From Methanoregula sp. (lineage in GTDB: Archaea; Halobacteriota; Methanomicrobia; Methanomicrobiales; Methanospirillaceae): a stretch of DNA of 64,000 bases. Positions within the stretch are counted from its first letter, which is position 1. Every line of letters starts with the position of its first letter. Under the pieces are notes generated by a model that did no database searches, had not been told where the DNA came from, and saw nothing but the letters and a program-made list of their open reading frames with translations. The DNA is taken from positions 4,024 to 68,023 of the forward strand of contig JAPKXX010000045.1 in assembly GCA_026394595.1 (NCBI GenBank), written 5' to 3'. A program made the translations under genes and the position numbers. Positions 15,429 to 25,240 of the stretch are shown in pieces.

Positions 15429-15752
15429 TTAAAAACGGGAGTCCTCCTCCTGGTCGTTCCTGATTCCGCCATTCAGAAACAGGTACAGTGCGGCGATGAC
15501 CAGGATGTATCCGGATGTCCGTGCAGTGATCATGGCGGTTTCCCAGGTTGAGCCCAACCCAAGCAGGGTGTAGAGATGGGAGATACCAAAAAGTCCGAAT
15601 GCGACACCTATGAGCAGCGCACCCATCGCACCTTTCCTCGTATATACCAGAATACCGAGAATCACAATGATTGTACAGAGAACGACATTAAGCAGGGGAA
15701 TCAGGTCGGAGACAAATACCATTTTCATCAGCGCTCCTTTGATGCTATGCAC
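15429..15752 (-). CDS. Hypothetical integral membrane protein
   Basis: 107 aa with three hydrophobic helices. The start could be one of several nearby Met codons. Confidence 0.5.
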   Translation of the reverse strand: MHSIKGALMKMVFVSDLIPLLNVVLCTIIVILGILVYTRKGAMGALLIGVAFGLFGISHLYTLLGLGSTWETAMITARTSGYILVIAALYLFLNGGIRNDQEEDSRF

Positions 15753-15868
15753 TAGTTCCCACTATCTCCATATATAAGGTTTCTATCAATGGAGGTGATC
15801 CGAAAAAAGTTACTTCCTTATTGAACCCGAAAATTACAGCGATGGCAGACGAGAAAAAGATATGGAAA

Positions 15869-16243
15869 TTATTGTTTTCTCTCTCTCTTCTTATACACTT
15901 TATCGGGATCAAATGCCCGTTCTGAAATGATCGCCCCATCAAGCGTTCGAAAGAAACAACTGGTGTAGCCTGTATGGCAGGCAGCTCCTGTCTGCTCCAC
16001 ATCGTAGATCAGGCAGTCCTCATCGCAGTCCACAAGAATCCGCACAACCCGCTGGAAATGCCCGCTCTCCTCCCCTTTTTTCCAGATCTTGTTCCGGCTC
16101 CTGCTGAAGTAGTGGGCAAATCCTGTTGTTCTTGTGAGATTAACCGCCTGTTCAGTTGCGTACGCGAGCATCAACACATCGCGGCTTTTTGCGTCCTGCA
16201 CGATGACAGGAATCAAACCGTTAACAAATTTCATCGGAATCAT
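15869..16243 (-). CDS. hisI: Phosphoribosyl-AMP cyclohydrolase
   Basis: 124 aa with LIPVIVQD...[18 protein letters not shown]...[26 protein letters not shown], the classic HisI pattern. Confidence 0.9.
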   Translation of the reverse strand: MIPMKFVNGLIPVIVQDAKSRDVLMLAYATEQAVNLTRTTGFAHYFSRSRNKIWKKGEESGHFQRVVRILVDCDEDCLIYDVEQTGAACHTGYTSCFFRTLDGAIISERAFDPDKVYKKRERKQ

Positions 16244-16244
16244 T

Positions 16245-17078
16245 TCAAAGACCCATTACCGTTTTCATGATCACAAAGAGGAAGTCTCCCAGAACGACCG
16301 CGCTGATAAGACCGGCAGTGATCGGGATGATAAACGGCACTGCATAGGAAATCCAGACCGTACCAGCCTTCCGGTAGAACGTGAGTTCCTTTTTATAACG
16401 TTCGGGGTAGAGGCGCAAATCCTTGGTGTAGATCCGTTTTTCTCCTGATAACATCCTTCGGAGCGATTCGCGGATTCCTACAAAATTCCGGACCAGCAGA
16501 CCCTCATTTTCGTACATATCCTCCATAACAAACCCGAAGGTCTTCTGGATGCCCGAACCATCTACGGGGAACCCGAAGAACATGTATGGCAGAGGGGCAT
16601 GGTTACCTTTGATGAGATTTTTCATAAAGATCCCGGCAGGAGCAGCAAGGTTGAGGAGTACGGCATTGGTGAGGACCGTAAAGGGGAGGAATCCAAGCGG
16701 GGGGTATCCAAAGTATGGTGTAAGAGGGAAAAAAGGGATACAGGCGGTAATGAAGATCAGTGCCCAGGCATCTGCGCCCCCGAACAGGTTTTTTATGGCA
16801 AACATGTAGAACATCAGAGAAAAAATAGTACAAAGGGCGATATAGCCGGCAACAAGCCCCCATCTGCCGGAAAGACCCATAGTACCATAGAAATATACCG
16901 CTGACGGTAATCCAACAATAAGCATCGGATACCATGTGGGGAATGGCACCCTGCGATCTCTGACATCAAGGTATGAGGCATAGATGAGTGTGACAAACAC
17001 TGCCAGGGCTGAGATGGCCATTGGTATCTGGATCTGATCAGCAAACATCCGTTGAGATAGTGTTGTGTCGGGTACCAC
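16245..17078 (-). CDS. A24-family aspartic prepilin/preflagellin peptidase (FlaK/EppA/TadV-like)
   Basis: Polytopic membrane protein with the two catalytic Asp contexts [10 protein letters not shown] and GGADAWAL, plus a soluble insertion as in archaeal FlaK-type enzymes. Confidence 0.8.
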   Translation of the reverse strand: MVPDTTLSQRMFADQIQIPMAISALAVFVTLIYASYLDVRDRRVPFPTWYPMLIVGLPSAVYFYGTMGLSGRWGLVAGYIALCTIFSLMFYMFAIKNLFGGADAWALIFITACIPFFPLTPYFGYPPLGFLPFTVLTNAVLLNLAAPAGIFMKNLIKGNHAPLPYMFFGFPVDGSGIQKTFGFVMEDMYENEGLLVRNFVGIRESLRRMLSGEKRIYTKDLRLYPERYKKELTFYRKAGTVWISYAVPFIIPITAGLISAVVLGDFLFVIMKTVMGL

Positions 17079-17273
17079 TTATGCATGGCGATGCGGTGGC
17101 AGACAGGTTATCCTATACCATAACCCCGTCTGGACGATTCTCATAATTCTCATACCCGTCTCTTCCCCCCAACAATCCATCCACACATTAATATTATGAC
17201 AGGGTTGAATATTCCGATCAGGAAATGGCCGGGCCTTCCTATCTCTACGCGTTCGGCAGAAGGAAACCGTTAC

Positions 17274-17885
17274 ATGAAGATTCAAGAGCTGCTCGAAAAC
17301 GTTCTCAAAGGGTCAAAATATCTGGGGACATTTGACCTGCTTGCGCTACTCCAGTATGCCAGCACACACGGTGTCCAGGGCATTGCGGTTGCAAAGGGGG
17401 GCGGTTTGGAGTTATACATTGCCCTTCTCAAAGGCGAACCGGAAGGCGCCATTTATGTTGATGAAAAGGGGGTGCTTTTCGGTGACAAGGCTGTGCTCAT
17501 GATCGGGGGAAAAGAGAAGTTTGTCCTTACTGAAATCCCTGCAGATATTGTCGAACCCCTCGTGATGAGCAGCAGGATCTTTGATAAAAACCGGATCAAA
17601 AAGAGCATCACCTGCGCTGTTCCGGAGATTGGACGTACCTGGGGAGGAATCGGCCACCTGACGGTCACTGTGGTAAAAGAGGGAAAACCGCAGAACGGTC
17701 TCCGCGTCTCGATCCGCAAGGATGGAAAGATCGTGGGCAGCGATATTACAACCAATGACGGTGCTGTCGGATTCAAGATTGCGTATGGAAATTATGACTG
17801 TATCCTGCAGGATAAGACACAGGTCGTTACCAAATACCGGATTGAGTTCGATGAATCCCACAATTCTATTAAACTAGGGATCTGA
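17274..17885 (+). CDS. DUF4388-like domain protein with C-terminal Ig/carboxypeptidase-regulatory-like beta domain
   Basis: The start is taken at the ATG at 17274 (MKIQELL). The N-terminal reads GTFDLLALLQYASTHGVQGIAVAKGGG...GAIYVDEKGVLFGDKAV, the pattern I associate with DUF4388. The C-terminal reads GHLTVTVVKEGKPQNGLRVSIRKDGKIVGSDITTNDGAVGF. Confidence 0.5.
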   Translation: MKIQELLENVLKGSKYLGTFDLLALLQYASTHGVQGIAVAKGGGLELYIALLKGEPEGAIYVDEKGVLFGDKAVLMIGGKEKFVLTEIPADIVEPLVMSSRIFDKNRIKKSITCAVPEIGRTWGGIGHLTVTVVKEGKPQNGLRVSIRKDGKIVGSDITTNDGAVGFKIAYGNYDCILQDKTQVVTKYRIEFDESHNSIKLGI

Positions 17886-17990
17886 ATCAACCGGTTCATC
17901 GACAATCCCTGTTCCTGTCATTTATCTGCTTTTTTATCAGACAAAAACAAGACAAAATCCTTTAAATAAAGAACAACAGAGCTATGCCCC

Positions 17991-19118
17991 ATGGATAAAA
18001 AGAAAATCGGGCGTGAGGATTTTGAAGCTTTGCTCAGAGGAGAAAAAGATATAACGCCCTATATCGAGATGGATCCTGCTGCCGGGACCTATTCAGTGTT
18101 CGGAGTAAGGACCGCCAGCAATCCGAATTATCTCGTAAAAGCTATTTATGAAATGTATGAAGTCAACCTGAACAAGAAGCTTGCTGTACAGGCTGTACGC
18201 AAGCTCTTCCGCTCCGTTGGCATGGGATCTGTCGGACTTCAGAACCTGTTAAAGAAATTCGGTATGGATCTCAAGCCGGCTGAATTCCTCATGCTCGTAT
18301 TCAGGCTGCAGCACCAGCAGGGCTGGGGTGCCCCGTTTGAGCTTGTTGAGCAGGGGGAAACAAAGATCGTAATCCGCACGAAACAGACCTTTGAATCCCA
18401 GGTCATGAAAAACTGGAAAATGCCGGTCTGTGGTATCCACCAGGGCTGGATTGAGGGGATCCTGATCACTGTCACGGGCAAGACCTGGTTCTGTCTCGAG
18501 ACTAAATGTCTCGCAAACGGTGATGACTGTTGTGAGTTTGTTGCCGATCAGAGGGAATCCAGCTGGAAGTGGAAGGCAGAGGCAATCGTAAAAGGTGACA
18601 CTGCCATCACTGAATATATCGAGCACAAGCCGTTGGAGGGGACGATCAAGCTTATCGATGATCCAGTCGTCATGATGCCCCGCTTTATCTTTTCCTCAAT
18701 GATGAATTCTTTGAAAAAGACGATGGGAGAGATGCCCGCTGGTGGTGTTAATTACCGTGCGTACATGGATATGGGCAAGGAAAATGTTGAACACTACAAG
18801 AAGATGGGCATCACCAAACCAAACATTCTTGCCGATATGGCGTTTGCTTTCTACTCCCAGATGGGCTGGTTCAGGATCATCAAGATGGAATGGAACGAGG
18901 CCGCCAAGACAAAGACAATAACGCTCGAGCACACCGTAGAATCGGATTCATTTGGTAATACCGGAAAGAATGTCTGTTTCTGTACGGCAGGACTCCTCGC
19001 AGGCATTGTAGAAGGCGCTTTTGGTATCAAAGTACAGGGAAAGGAGATGAAGTGCCGGTCAAAGGGGGATGATCACTGCGTGTTTGTGATCACGAACAAA
19101 CCTGAGAAGGCAGGATGA
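17991..19118 (+). CDS. Double V4R-domain protein
   Basis: 375 aa with two copies of the V4R-type Cys signature near the domain ends (CLANGDDCCEF and CRSKGDDHCVF). Confidence 0.65.
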   Translation: MDKKKIGREDFEALLRGEKDITPYIEMDPAAGTYSVFGVRTASNPNYLVKAIYEMYEVNLNKKLAVQAVRKLFRSVGMGSVGLQNLLKKFGMDLKPAEFLMLVFRLQHQQGWGAPFELVEQGETKIVIRTKQTFESQVMKNWKMPVCGIHQGWIEGILITVTGKTWFCLETKCLANGDDCCEFVADQRESSWKWKAEAIVKGDTAITEYIEHKPLEGTIKLIDDPVVMMPRFIFSSMMNSLKKTMGEMPAGGVNYRAYMDMGKENVEHYKKMGITKPNILADMAFAFYSQMGWFRIIKMEWNEAAKTKTITLEHTVESDSFGNTGKNVCFCTAGLLAGIVEGAFGIKVQGKEMKCRSKGDDHCVFVITNKPEKAG

Positions 19119-19236
19119 CCTCATTGTATCCCTCAGTCCAGTACTCTTCTTTTTATTAGCTTCTTTATCGCCATTGGTAAGAAAATAAATTAAAATTCAT
19201 TGTAATCACGAATAAAAAGGAAAAAAGAGATGGATG

Positions 19237-20022
19237 TTATTTTCTCTTGAAAAGGGCTTTGGAGAACCGATCGATGAATCCTTCTTTCGGGACTGCCACC
19301 TTCTCTTCCTTGTAAGCGACACCGATAATATTGGCGGCGATCCGCTTGAACGCAAGCGTTGCCGGCGATGCGGGAAATTTCACAACAATTGGTGTCTTTG
19401 CCGCCGCCGCCCTTCGGACATTCGTATCCTCCGGGATGATTCCGATCACTTTGACTCCCAACACCTTCTCCATCTTTTTTGTAATGACGTCGACCTTGTC
19501 CTGATCGACACGATTGATGATGGATCCAAGTACCTGCCCCCCGACCACTTCAGTCAAAATCTTGGTCTTGAGGGCATCGACGATCGAAGAAAGCTCTGGG
19601 TTGACAACAAGGATCACTTCGTCTGCCACGGCAAGCGGGACGACTCCGTCTTTGCTGATCCCTGCCGGGGCGTCAATTAACAGAAATTCGCATTGTTTGA
19701 TGATCTCACTCATCACGTCACGGATCCGTTCGGGATCTGCCATCTGGAACCCCTGCAATGAAAGCCCGCTTGGGATGACCTTGAGCCCCGCAGGACCCTC
19801 GTATATCGCTTCTTTGAGGGTTCCTTTGCCGGCAAGAATTTCGTGGAGAGTGACCGGTGCATCCTGAAGACCAAGGAGAAGTCCAACGTTTGCCATGCCG
19901 ATGTCTGCGTCCATGAGAAACGTTTCCTTTCCCATCTGCGAGAGCATCGTGCCAAGATTGACTGCAACGGTGGTTTTCCCAGTACCCCCCTTACCGGAAG
20001 CAATTGTATAAACCTTGACCAT
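19237..20022 (-). CDS. minD: MinD/ParA-family P-loop ATPase
   Basis: 261 aa with the deviant Walker A ASGKGGTGKTT and DADIGMANV. Length and layout match archaeal MinD. Confidence 0.85.
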   Translation of the reverse strand: MVKVYTIASGKGGTGKTTVAVNLGTMLSQMGKETFLMDADIGMANVGLLLGLQDAPVTLHEILAGKGTLKEAIYEGPAGLKVIPSGLSLQGFQMADPERIRDVMSEIIKQCEFLLIDAPAGISKDGVVPLAVADEVILVVNPELSSIVDALKTKILTEVVGGQVLGSIINRVDQDKVDVITKKMEKVLGVKVIGIIPEDTNVRRAAAAKTPIVVKFPASPATLAFKRIAANIIGVAYKEEKVAVPKEGFIDRFSKALFKRK

Positions 20023-20093
20023 TAGGCACCCTTACTACGGAATGATTTTTTTTAAATTTATATAAGATTGATCAATTTACCTTCATAATTCTG

Positions 20094-20711
20094 TTACAAC
20101 CACCATTGTAAAATACCTTTTGTATCTCCCCCGATCTCTTTTTTCCAGTTCTGGGGAAGCTCGTTTTCCGTCCTGATGATACCGATCAGGTGCGATCCTT
20201 TGTGATTAAGTTCGAACAGAGTCACATCCGGGTCATCAGGGGGTGATTCCCTCCCTCTGATCTGACTGAATTTTGCGGCATCTGCCTCAACATCCCGTCC
20301 TGCAGAGGATGCGAAGACAAGTCCGTCATCTGTTGCAATAGTGATCTCGGAAAGCGAATATTTCCGGGCGAGTGCCTGCAGGCTTGCTGTGATATCTTGA
20401 CGGTTTTTGATCAAATCAATTGGGCTAGTTTTTGTTTCCAAATCAGGATCTTTTACAGAAAAAAAGGTATGTGGTTTCGCCTCCTGCTCAGTATGCATTT
20501 CCGGTTGTTGGGGGTATTTCACCCGGGACACAAGTTCAAATATCTCATCTGATTGTGGGGGGTTGTAAGTGATCTCATCCTTTCGTTTTAAAAATTTTAA
20601 TGTATGGTAGAGTGCGAGAAAAAAGATGATCGCGAGGATGACGCACACGAGGACAATGGTTGTAATGTCAGTGATACCAAGAAGATTGATCTCGATAAAA
20701 ACCCCCCCCAT
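20094..20711 (-). CDS. Membrane-anchored protein with Roadblock/LC7-like C-terminal region
   Basis: It has an N-terminal TM helix (ITTIVLVCVILAIIFFLALY). The C-terminal reads ITIATDDGLVFASSAGRDVEADAAKFSQI...LFELNHKGSHLIGIIRT, resembling the Roadblock alpha-beta pattern. It lies in an operon with the flanking genes. Confidence 0.45.
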   Translation of the reverse strand: MGGVFIEINLLGITDITTIVLVCVILAIIFFLALYHTLKFLKRKDEITYNPPQSDEIFELVSRVKYPQQPEMHTEQEAKPHTFFSVKDPDLETKTSPIDLIKNRQDITASLQALARKYSLSEITIATDDGLVFASSAGRDVEADAAKFSQIRGRESPPDDPDVTLFELNHKGSHLIGIIRTENELPQNWKKEIGGDTKGILQWWL

Positions 20712-20717
20712 ATAAAA

Positions 20718-21395
20718 TTATTTCTCGGTCAGATGTTCAAGCTGCAGCTGTTTGAGAATTACTTTGACATCCTTGCGGATCTTCTGTGTTACGTCGTCAA
20801 AGTCCATAGAGTCAATCGAATCGTACTCCTTTTCCGTGGGGGAAGGTTCTACGTCTGGGGCTGTCACCGGTTTTTGAGGGGAGGGAATCGATCCTGATTC
20901 TGGTGAATTGGGTGCTGGCCTTTTTTCAGGTTGAACCGGATGCACCGCACCTGCAAAGGTGAGCGGGGTTGTTTTAATAAATTCCTTCTCCTTCTCAACA
21001 TGAAGTTGGCTGGTGGCAGCTGTCTTCTGCTCAGCCCCATGGTGCATAGCGCCGGTTTTCTGAACCGGGGGGGCCGTGAGACCCCCCGCGTTTTTAACAT
21101 ACGCATTTTTATTGAATTCCAGCGCCAGCTGCAACTGGGTTGCATTAAGATCCGACAATACTGCATCGATTACCTGTTCCTCCCGTGCTCGTGTCTCTGC
21201 CCAACCTCCATCACCATACTGGTCCTGAACCTTTGCAAGGATGCAGGTTCCGCCTTTAAACACCAGCGAACCGCTGATGTCACCTGATGAGAAAGAGCAG
21301 ATACCGGTGAATCTTGTTGTTATAAGCTCACCGATCAAATCCCCCAGTCGGATACCTTTCCTGATAGAGCGAAACGTGCCTCTCGGGAGCTCCAT
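20718..21395 (-). CDS. DUF4388-like domain protein with Pro/Glu-rich linker
   Basis: The N-terminal reads LGDLIGELITTRFTGICSFSSGDISGSLVFKGGTCILAKV. The middle is low-complexity (PAPNSPESGSIPSPQKPVTAPDVEPSP). Confidence 0.5.
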   Translation of the reverse strand: MELPRGTFRSIRKGIRLGDLIGELITTRFTGICSFSSGDISGSLVFKGGTCILAKVQDQYGDGGWAETRAREEQVIDAVLSDLNATQLQLALEFNKNAYVKNAGGLTAPPVQKTGAMHHGAEQKTAATSQLHVEKEKEFIKTTPLTFAGAVHPVQPEKRPAPNSPESGSIPSPQKPVTAPDVEPSPTEKEYDSIDSMDFDDVTQKIRKDVKVILKQLQLEHLTEK

Positions 21396-21620
21396 TATAT
21401 CTCTATTGTCATCGTTTTGAGTTTATATTTTATTGGTAGTTCAAAAGAGGCAGAGTATGCTGTTGTTGAATGGAATTGCTGACTAGTGGTATCGGAAAAA
21501 TTTCATAACGAAATTCAGGAAGTTTTTATAATCTGAAAGAATCTTGTGCGTTTTTGATAATTAAGACTAAAGATTTAATAGAACTGGGCGAGAACAATAC
21601 GCTTATAAACTGGTGACAGA

Positions 21621-21968
21621 ATGCTAAAGCCTTTACTTGAAGAATTTTTGAAAGTGGAGGGAGTATCAGCGGCGGTTGTTGTCGGAAGGGACGGGTTTGT
21701 AATCGAAAGTGCGGTCTCCGGAAAAGTCGATATTGAGGCGCTTGGCGCGATGGCATCAACAGGGCTGGGTACCTCAGAAGCCATGGGGACGACACTGGGT
21801 AAGGGGGAACTCCACCAGATGCTTGTTGAACTGGAGAAGGGACCGATCATTCTCTCACCGCTTTCTGCTGATGAGCTGATCGCAATCGTCGCGGACAGTT
21901 CTTCCAACATCGGAAGAATCCGGTACGAATTAAAGAAAAATAAGGAACGGATCATCGCTGCTCTTTGA
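21621..21968 (+). CDS. Roadblock/LC7 (MglB-like) domain protein
   Basis: 115 aa with VEGVSAAVVVGRDGFVIES...ALGAMASTGLGTSEAMG...HQMLVELEKGPIILSPL, a textbook Roadblock/LC7 pattern. Confidence 0.8.
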   Translation: MLKPLLEEFLKVEGVSAAVVVGRDGFVIESAVSGKVDIEALGAMASTGLGTSEAMGTTLGKGELHQMLVELEKGPIILSPLSADELIAIVADSSSNIGRIRYELKKNKERIIAAL

Positions 21969-22675
21969 CCATGGAACTTCCAGCAGGAACCGAAGGTGGG
22001 GTCATCACGAACCCGCAGGAAGAGGGCGCAATCCAGCAGCTGATCGGGTTTCGCGGTGCAATTGAGATCGATACCCAGATGGGGCATGGATTCATCATCA
22101 CTGATCACGGTACGCTCATCGCTGCCTATTTCAAGGACATGAGCGGGTCTTTCCGGGGAAAAGTAGCCCTTGACCATATGAACCTGGTTCAGTCCGACGA
22201 TACTGGATACCGGCAGACGTTTACGCTCCGTTCCTATAATGACGATGAATTTTTAAAAGCTGTGTCGATCTGTGATGAAGAGGGGCTGGGCTTATCCGGG
22301 GAGAAAACGGGATACATGAAACAACAGCTTCCCGACCTTCTGGATGAAACAAAGCTCAAGAAAATACTTTCACTACCTGGCGTGGTTGCAATTTCGGCAT
22401 TTTTTGAAGGTTTCTCTGTTCAGTCGATGGGCGATGCCGATTTTGAGCATGTGGCAGCCCTTGCCGAAGACCTCCTCCGTGCGGGGACGAAGATCACAAG
22501 GGAGATGGAAATCGGGAACCTTGACCAGCTGATTCTTGAAACTGCCTCAAACAAGCTCATCATCGCACCGTGCGGCGACCTGTTCCTGTGTGTATTCACG
22601 TTAAAGGATGCACAGCTCGGGCTCGTCCGGATGGCGATTAAAAATCTCCAGTCTGTTCAGGAAGCGAATTCATGA
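21965..22675 (+). CDS. DUF4388-like plus Roadblock/LC7-like two-domain protein
   Basis: The N-terminal reads IGFRGAIEIDTQMGHGFIITDHGTLIAAYF. The C-terminal reads LPGVVAISAFFEGFSVQSMGDADFEHVAALAEDLL...LILETASNKLIIAPCGDLFLCVF. The start overlaps the previous stop. Confidence 0.55.
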   Translation: MTMELPAGTEGGVITNPQEEGAIQQLIGFRGAIEIDTQMGHGFIITDHGTLIAAYFKDMSGSFRGKVALDHMNLVQSDDTGYRQTFTLRSYNDDEFLKAVSICDEEGLGLSGEKTGYMKQQLPDLLDETKLKKILSLPGVVAISAFFEGFSVQSMGDADFEHVAALAEDLLRAGTKITREMEIGNLDQLILETASNKLIIAPCGDLFLCVFTLKDAQLGLVRMAIKNLQSVQEANS

Positions 22676-22828
22676 ATATTGTTCGGTGTTGATCTTATAA
22701 AGGAGACCTCATATGGAACCACGAGTGGATGAAGGAGACCCTCCAGAGAATAGATATACTTCCATGGAGATGTATCAATTAAGCAATTTATACACGCAAT
22801 ATCCAGATGGATTGGGGGGAAGTCCTGC

Positions 22829-25240
22829 TTGACCGACGATGATACACAACCGGATGAAACCTCATTGATGAAGATGCTTGGGGCTTTGAAAAAGCCCGGC
22901 GAACTGAGGAAAAAAGAAGAGGCCAGAAAACCTGCAGAATCTGAAAATGCGGCCGAAAATGTGGATGCCGGCGATTTAAGCGCACTCCTCAAAAAAATAT
23001 CTTCGGGAAAAAAAGAAGAATCCACACCACCACCGGTTTTATTGTCTCAGGATGAACAAAAGGAAAGAATCATTCCAGCACCCGATATCGAGAATGTAGT
23101 GGAAGCCCCCCCAGATGATACTATCCTCCTCACCGGTCTAAAAAGAGGGGGATTACCCACCAAGAGCAAGGATGAGATCAGTGCCGATGATGTCCGCGAA
23201 TCGCTCGGCAAGATCATCACTGAGATAGGGGTGCAAAAACAAACGGTGGAAGAAGAACGCAAACCCCCATCACAACCCTCAGCTGGTGTCCCACAAACTC
23301 CCCGGGAGACTTTGGCTGCCCCATCTGGAGAACCCGATGAAGCCGGACAAACCGTAAAAACCCTCGCGGTGGCAAAAACACCCGCGGGTATCCCTCCTAC
23401 AGAAGCGGACGAGAAGATTATATCTGTGGATCAGATCTCCGATTTATCTGAACTGATCCTGCCTAAAGGTGCCACATTCAAGATCGAAGAGCTGAAGCTT
23501 CACGGGCGGGTCAACGTTTTTGAGGGCAAAGGTACGAGTGTACTTCCCCCAGAAATCAACGAGATCTGGCAGCGGGAATTTTCAACAGGTGCGTTTAAAG
23601 ACTTTGATATTGAAATAGACCTCCTCAAGGAGAAGGCAACGAGGTTTGCCCCCTTTAAAAAATTCAGCCTTTCCAGCATTTTCAAGGTGATCGGATCGGA
23701 AGTCGAGGATTACAACCCCAAAATCCACGGTCCCCTTGTTGATCTCACATTCCAGCCAAAACCCGGATTTGAAGAAATTGAAGTATATCCTGTCAACGAA
23801 CCCTTTGCCTACATCCGGATTATTTACGATCACTCCACCCACGAGTACACATACCTAATACTCGAACCTCTTCTCACGGAACCGGAAAAAGACCTTTTAA
23901 AGGAGCTCAAGCAACGCCTGTTCGAGACGCTCGATATCAATACAAAGGATATCTCAAAGGAAGAAGCAAAGCACAAACTCCGGATAGCCGCGGACGAAAT
24001 TATGCGGGACTATGGCATCAAATTAACTCCGATACAACGCGAAAAGATCCTGTATAACATGCAAAAGGATTTCCTCGGCGACGGGCTTATCGATGCGATC
24101 ATGCATGATAAATACATCGAGGATATTTCCTGTGATGGCGTCAACAGCACGATCTTTGCGTATCATGCAAGTTATGAATCGATGAAGACGAGCCTCATAT
24201 ACCATAATGCCGAGGAGCTCGATTCGTTTGTTACAAAGCTCGCCCAAAGGGCAGGAAAATACATCTCAATTGCTGAACCGATTATTGATGCAACGATGGG
24301 AGACGGTTCCCGTATCCAGATGACCCTCGGGCAGGAAGTTACTGCACACGGTTCCACGTTCACGATCCGTAAATTCAAGGATGAACCGATTACACCCACT
24401 GACCTCATCGAGTGGCATACCTTTGCCCCGCTGTCGATTGCTTATATATGGCTCTGCGTTGAAAATGGCAAATCCGCGATTTTTGCCGGTGGGACTGCAT
24501 CAGGAAAGACCACGTCGCTTAATGCAATTGCGCTCTTCATACCGCCCCTGGCAAAGATTGTCTCGCTCGAGGATACCCGTGAAATCAAACTCCCCCATCC
24601 CAACTGGATCCCCAGTGTCACGCGCGATTCCTTTGATGCGGCGGGACGCGGCGAGATAAACATGTATGAGCTCCTGCGTGCCGCAATGCGACAGCGTCCT
24701 GAATACATCATCGTAGGTGAGGTCCGTGGTAAGGAGTGCCAGACACTTTTCCAGGCAATGAGCACGGGTCACACAACGTACTCAACCACACACGCGGACT
24801 CGGTTTCTAGTGTAGTGCACCGTTTCGAAAACCCGCCGATGGACGTACCACGCAACATGCTTTCAGCCCTTGATTTTATCTTAATTCAGGTGCAGGCGCG
24901 TGTGGGTGGTAAACGTATCAGGAGATGCAAGCAGATCATTGAGATCCTGGATATTGATCCCAGAACCAACGAACTGATCACCAATGAGGTCTTCAAGTGG
25001 CGGTCGGCGACTGATGAGATAAACTACTCCGGGAAGTCCTATCTGCTCGAAGAGATCATGGAAGCAAAGGGTTGGAGCGAGAACCGGATGCGGGAGGAGC
25101 TTAAACGGAGGCAGGAGGTGCTGGAATGGATGAGGATCAAGAAGATCCGGCACTACAAGGACGTATCAAAGATCCTGATCTCATACCATCGCGATCCGGA
25201 AGCCGTTATTGAAAAAGTAAGGAAAGACCTTTATGAATAG
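22829..25240 (+). CDS. Type II/IV secretion-family ATPase (TadA/CpaF/EpdL/FlaI-like) with long low-complexity N-terminal extension
   Basis: Walker A is GGTASGKTT and Walker B context is RQRPEYIIVGEVRG, followed by a His box. The ORF-track start at 22829 is TTG, and the first in-frame ATG is 22868. Confidence 0.85.
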   Translation: MTDDDTQPDETSLMKMLGALKKPGELRKKEEARKPAESENAAENVDAGDLSALLKKISSGKKEESTPPPVLLSQDEQKERIIPAPDIENVVEAPPDDTILLTGLKRGGLPTKSKDEISADDVRESLGKIITEIGVQKQTVEEERKPPSQPSAGVPQTPRETLAAPSGEPDEAGQTVKTLAVAKTPAGIPPTEADEKIISVDQISDLSELILPKGATFKIEELKLHGRVNVFEGKGTSVLPPEINEIWQREFSTGAFKDFDIEIDLLKEKATRFAPFKKFSLSSIFKVIGSEVEDYNPKIHGPLVDLTFQPKPGFEEIEVYPVNEPFAYIRIIYDHSTHEYTYLILEPLLTEPEKDLLKELKQRLFETLDINTKDISKEEAKHKLRIAADEIMRDYGIKLTPIQREKILYNMQKDFLGDGLIDAIMHDKYIEDISCDGVNSTIFAYHASYESMKTSLIYHNAEELDSFVTKLAQRAGKYISIAEPIIDATMGDGSRIQMTLGQEVTAHGSTFTIRKFKDEPITPTDLIEWHTFAPLSIAYIWLCVENGKSAIFAGGTASGKTTSLNAIALFIPPLAKIVSLEDTREIKLPHPNWIPSVTRDSFDAAGRGEINMYELLRAAMRQRPEYIIVGEVRGKECQTLFQAMSTGHTTYSTTHADSVSSVVHRFENPPMDVPRNMLSALDFILIQVQARVGGKRIRRCKQIIEILDIDPRTNELITNEVFKWRSATDEINYSGKSYLLEEIMEAKGWSENRMREELKRRQEVLEWMRIKKIRHYKDVSKILISYHRDPEAVIEKVRKDLYE

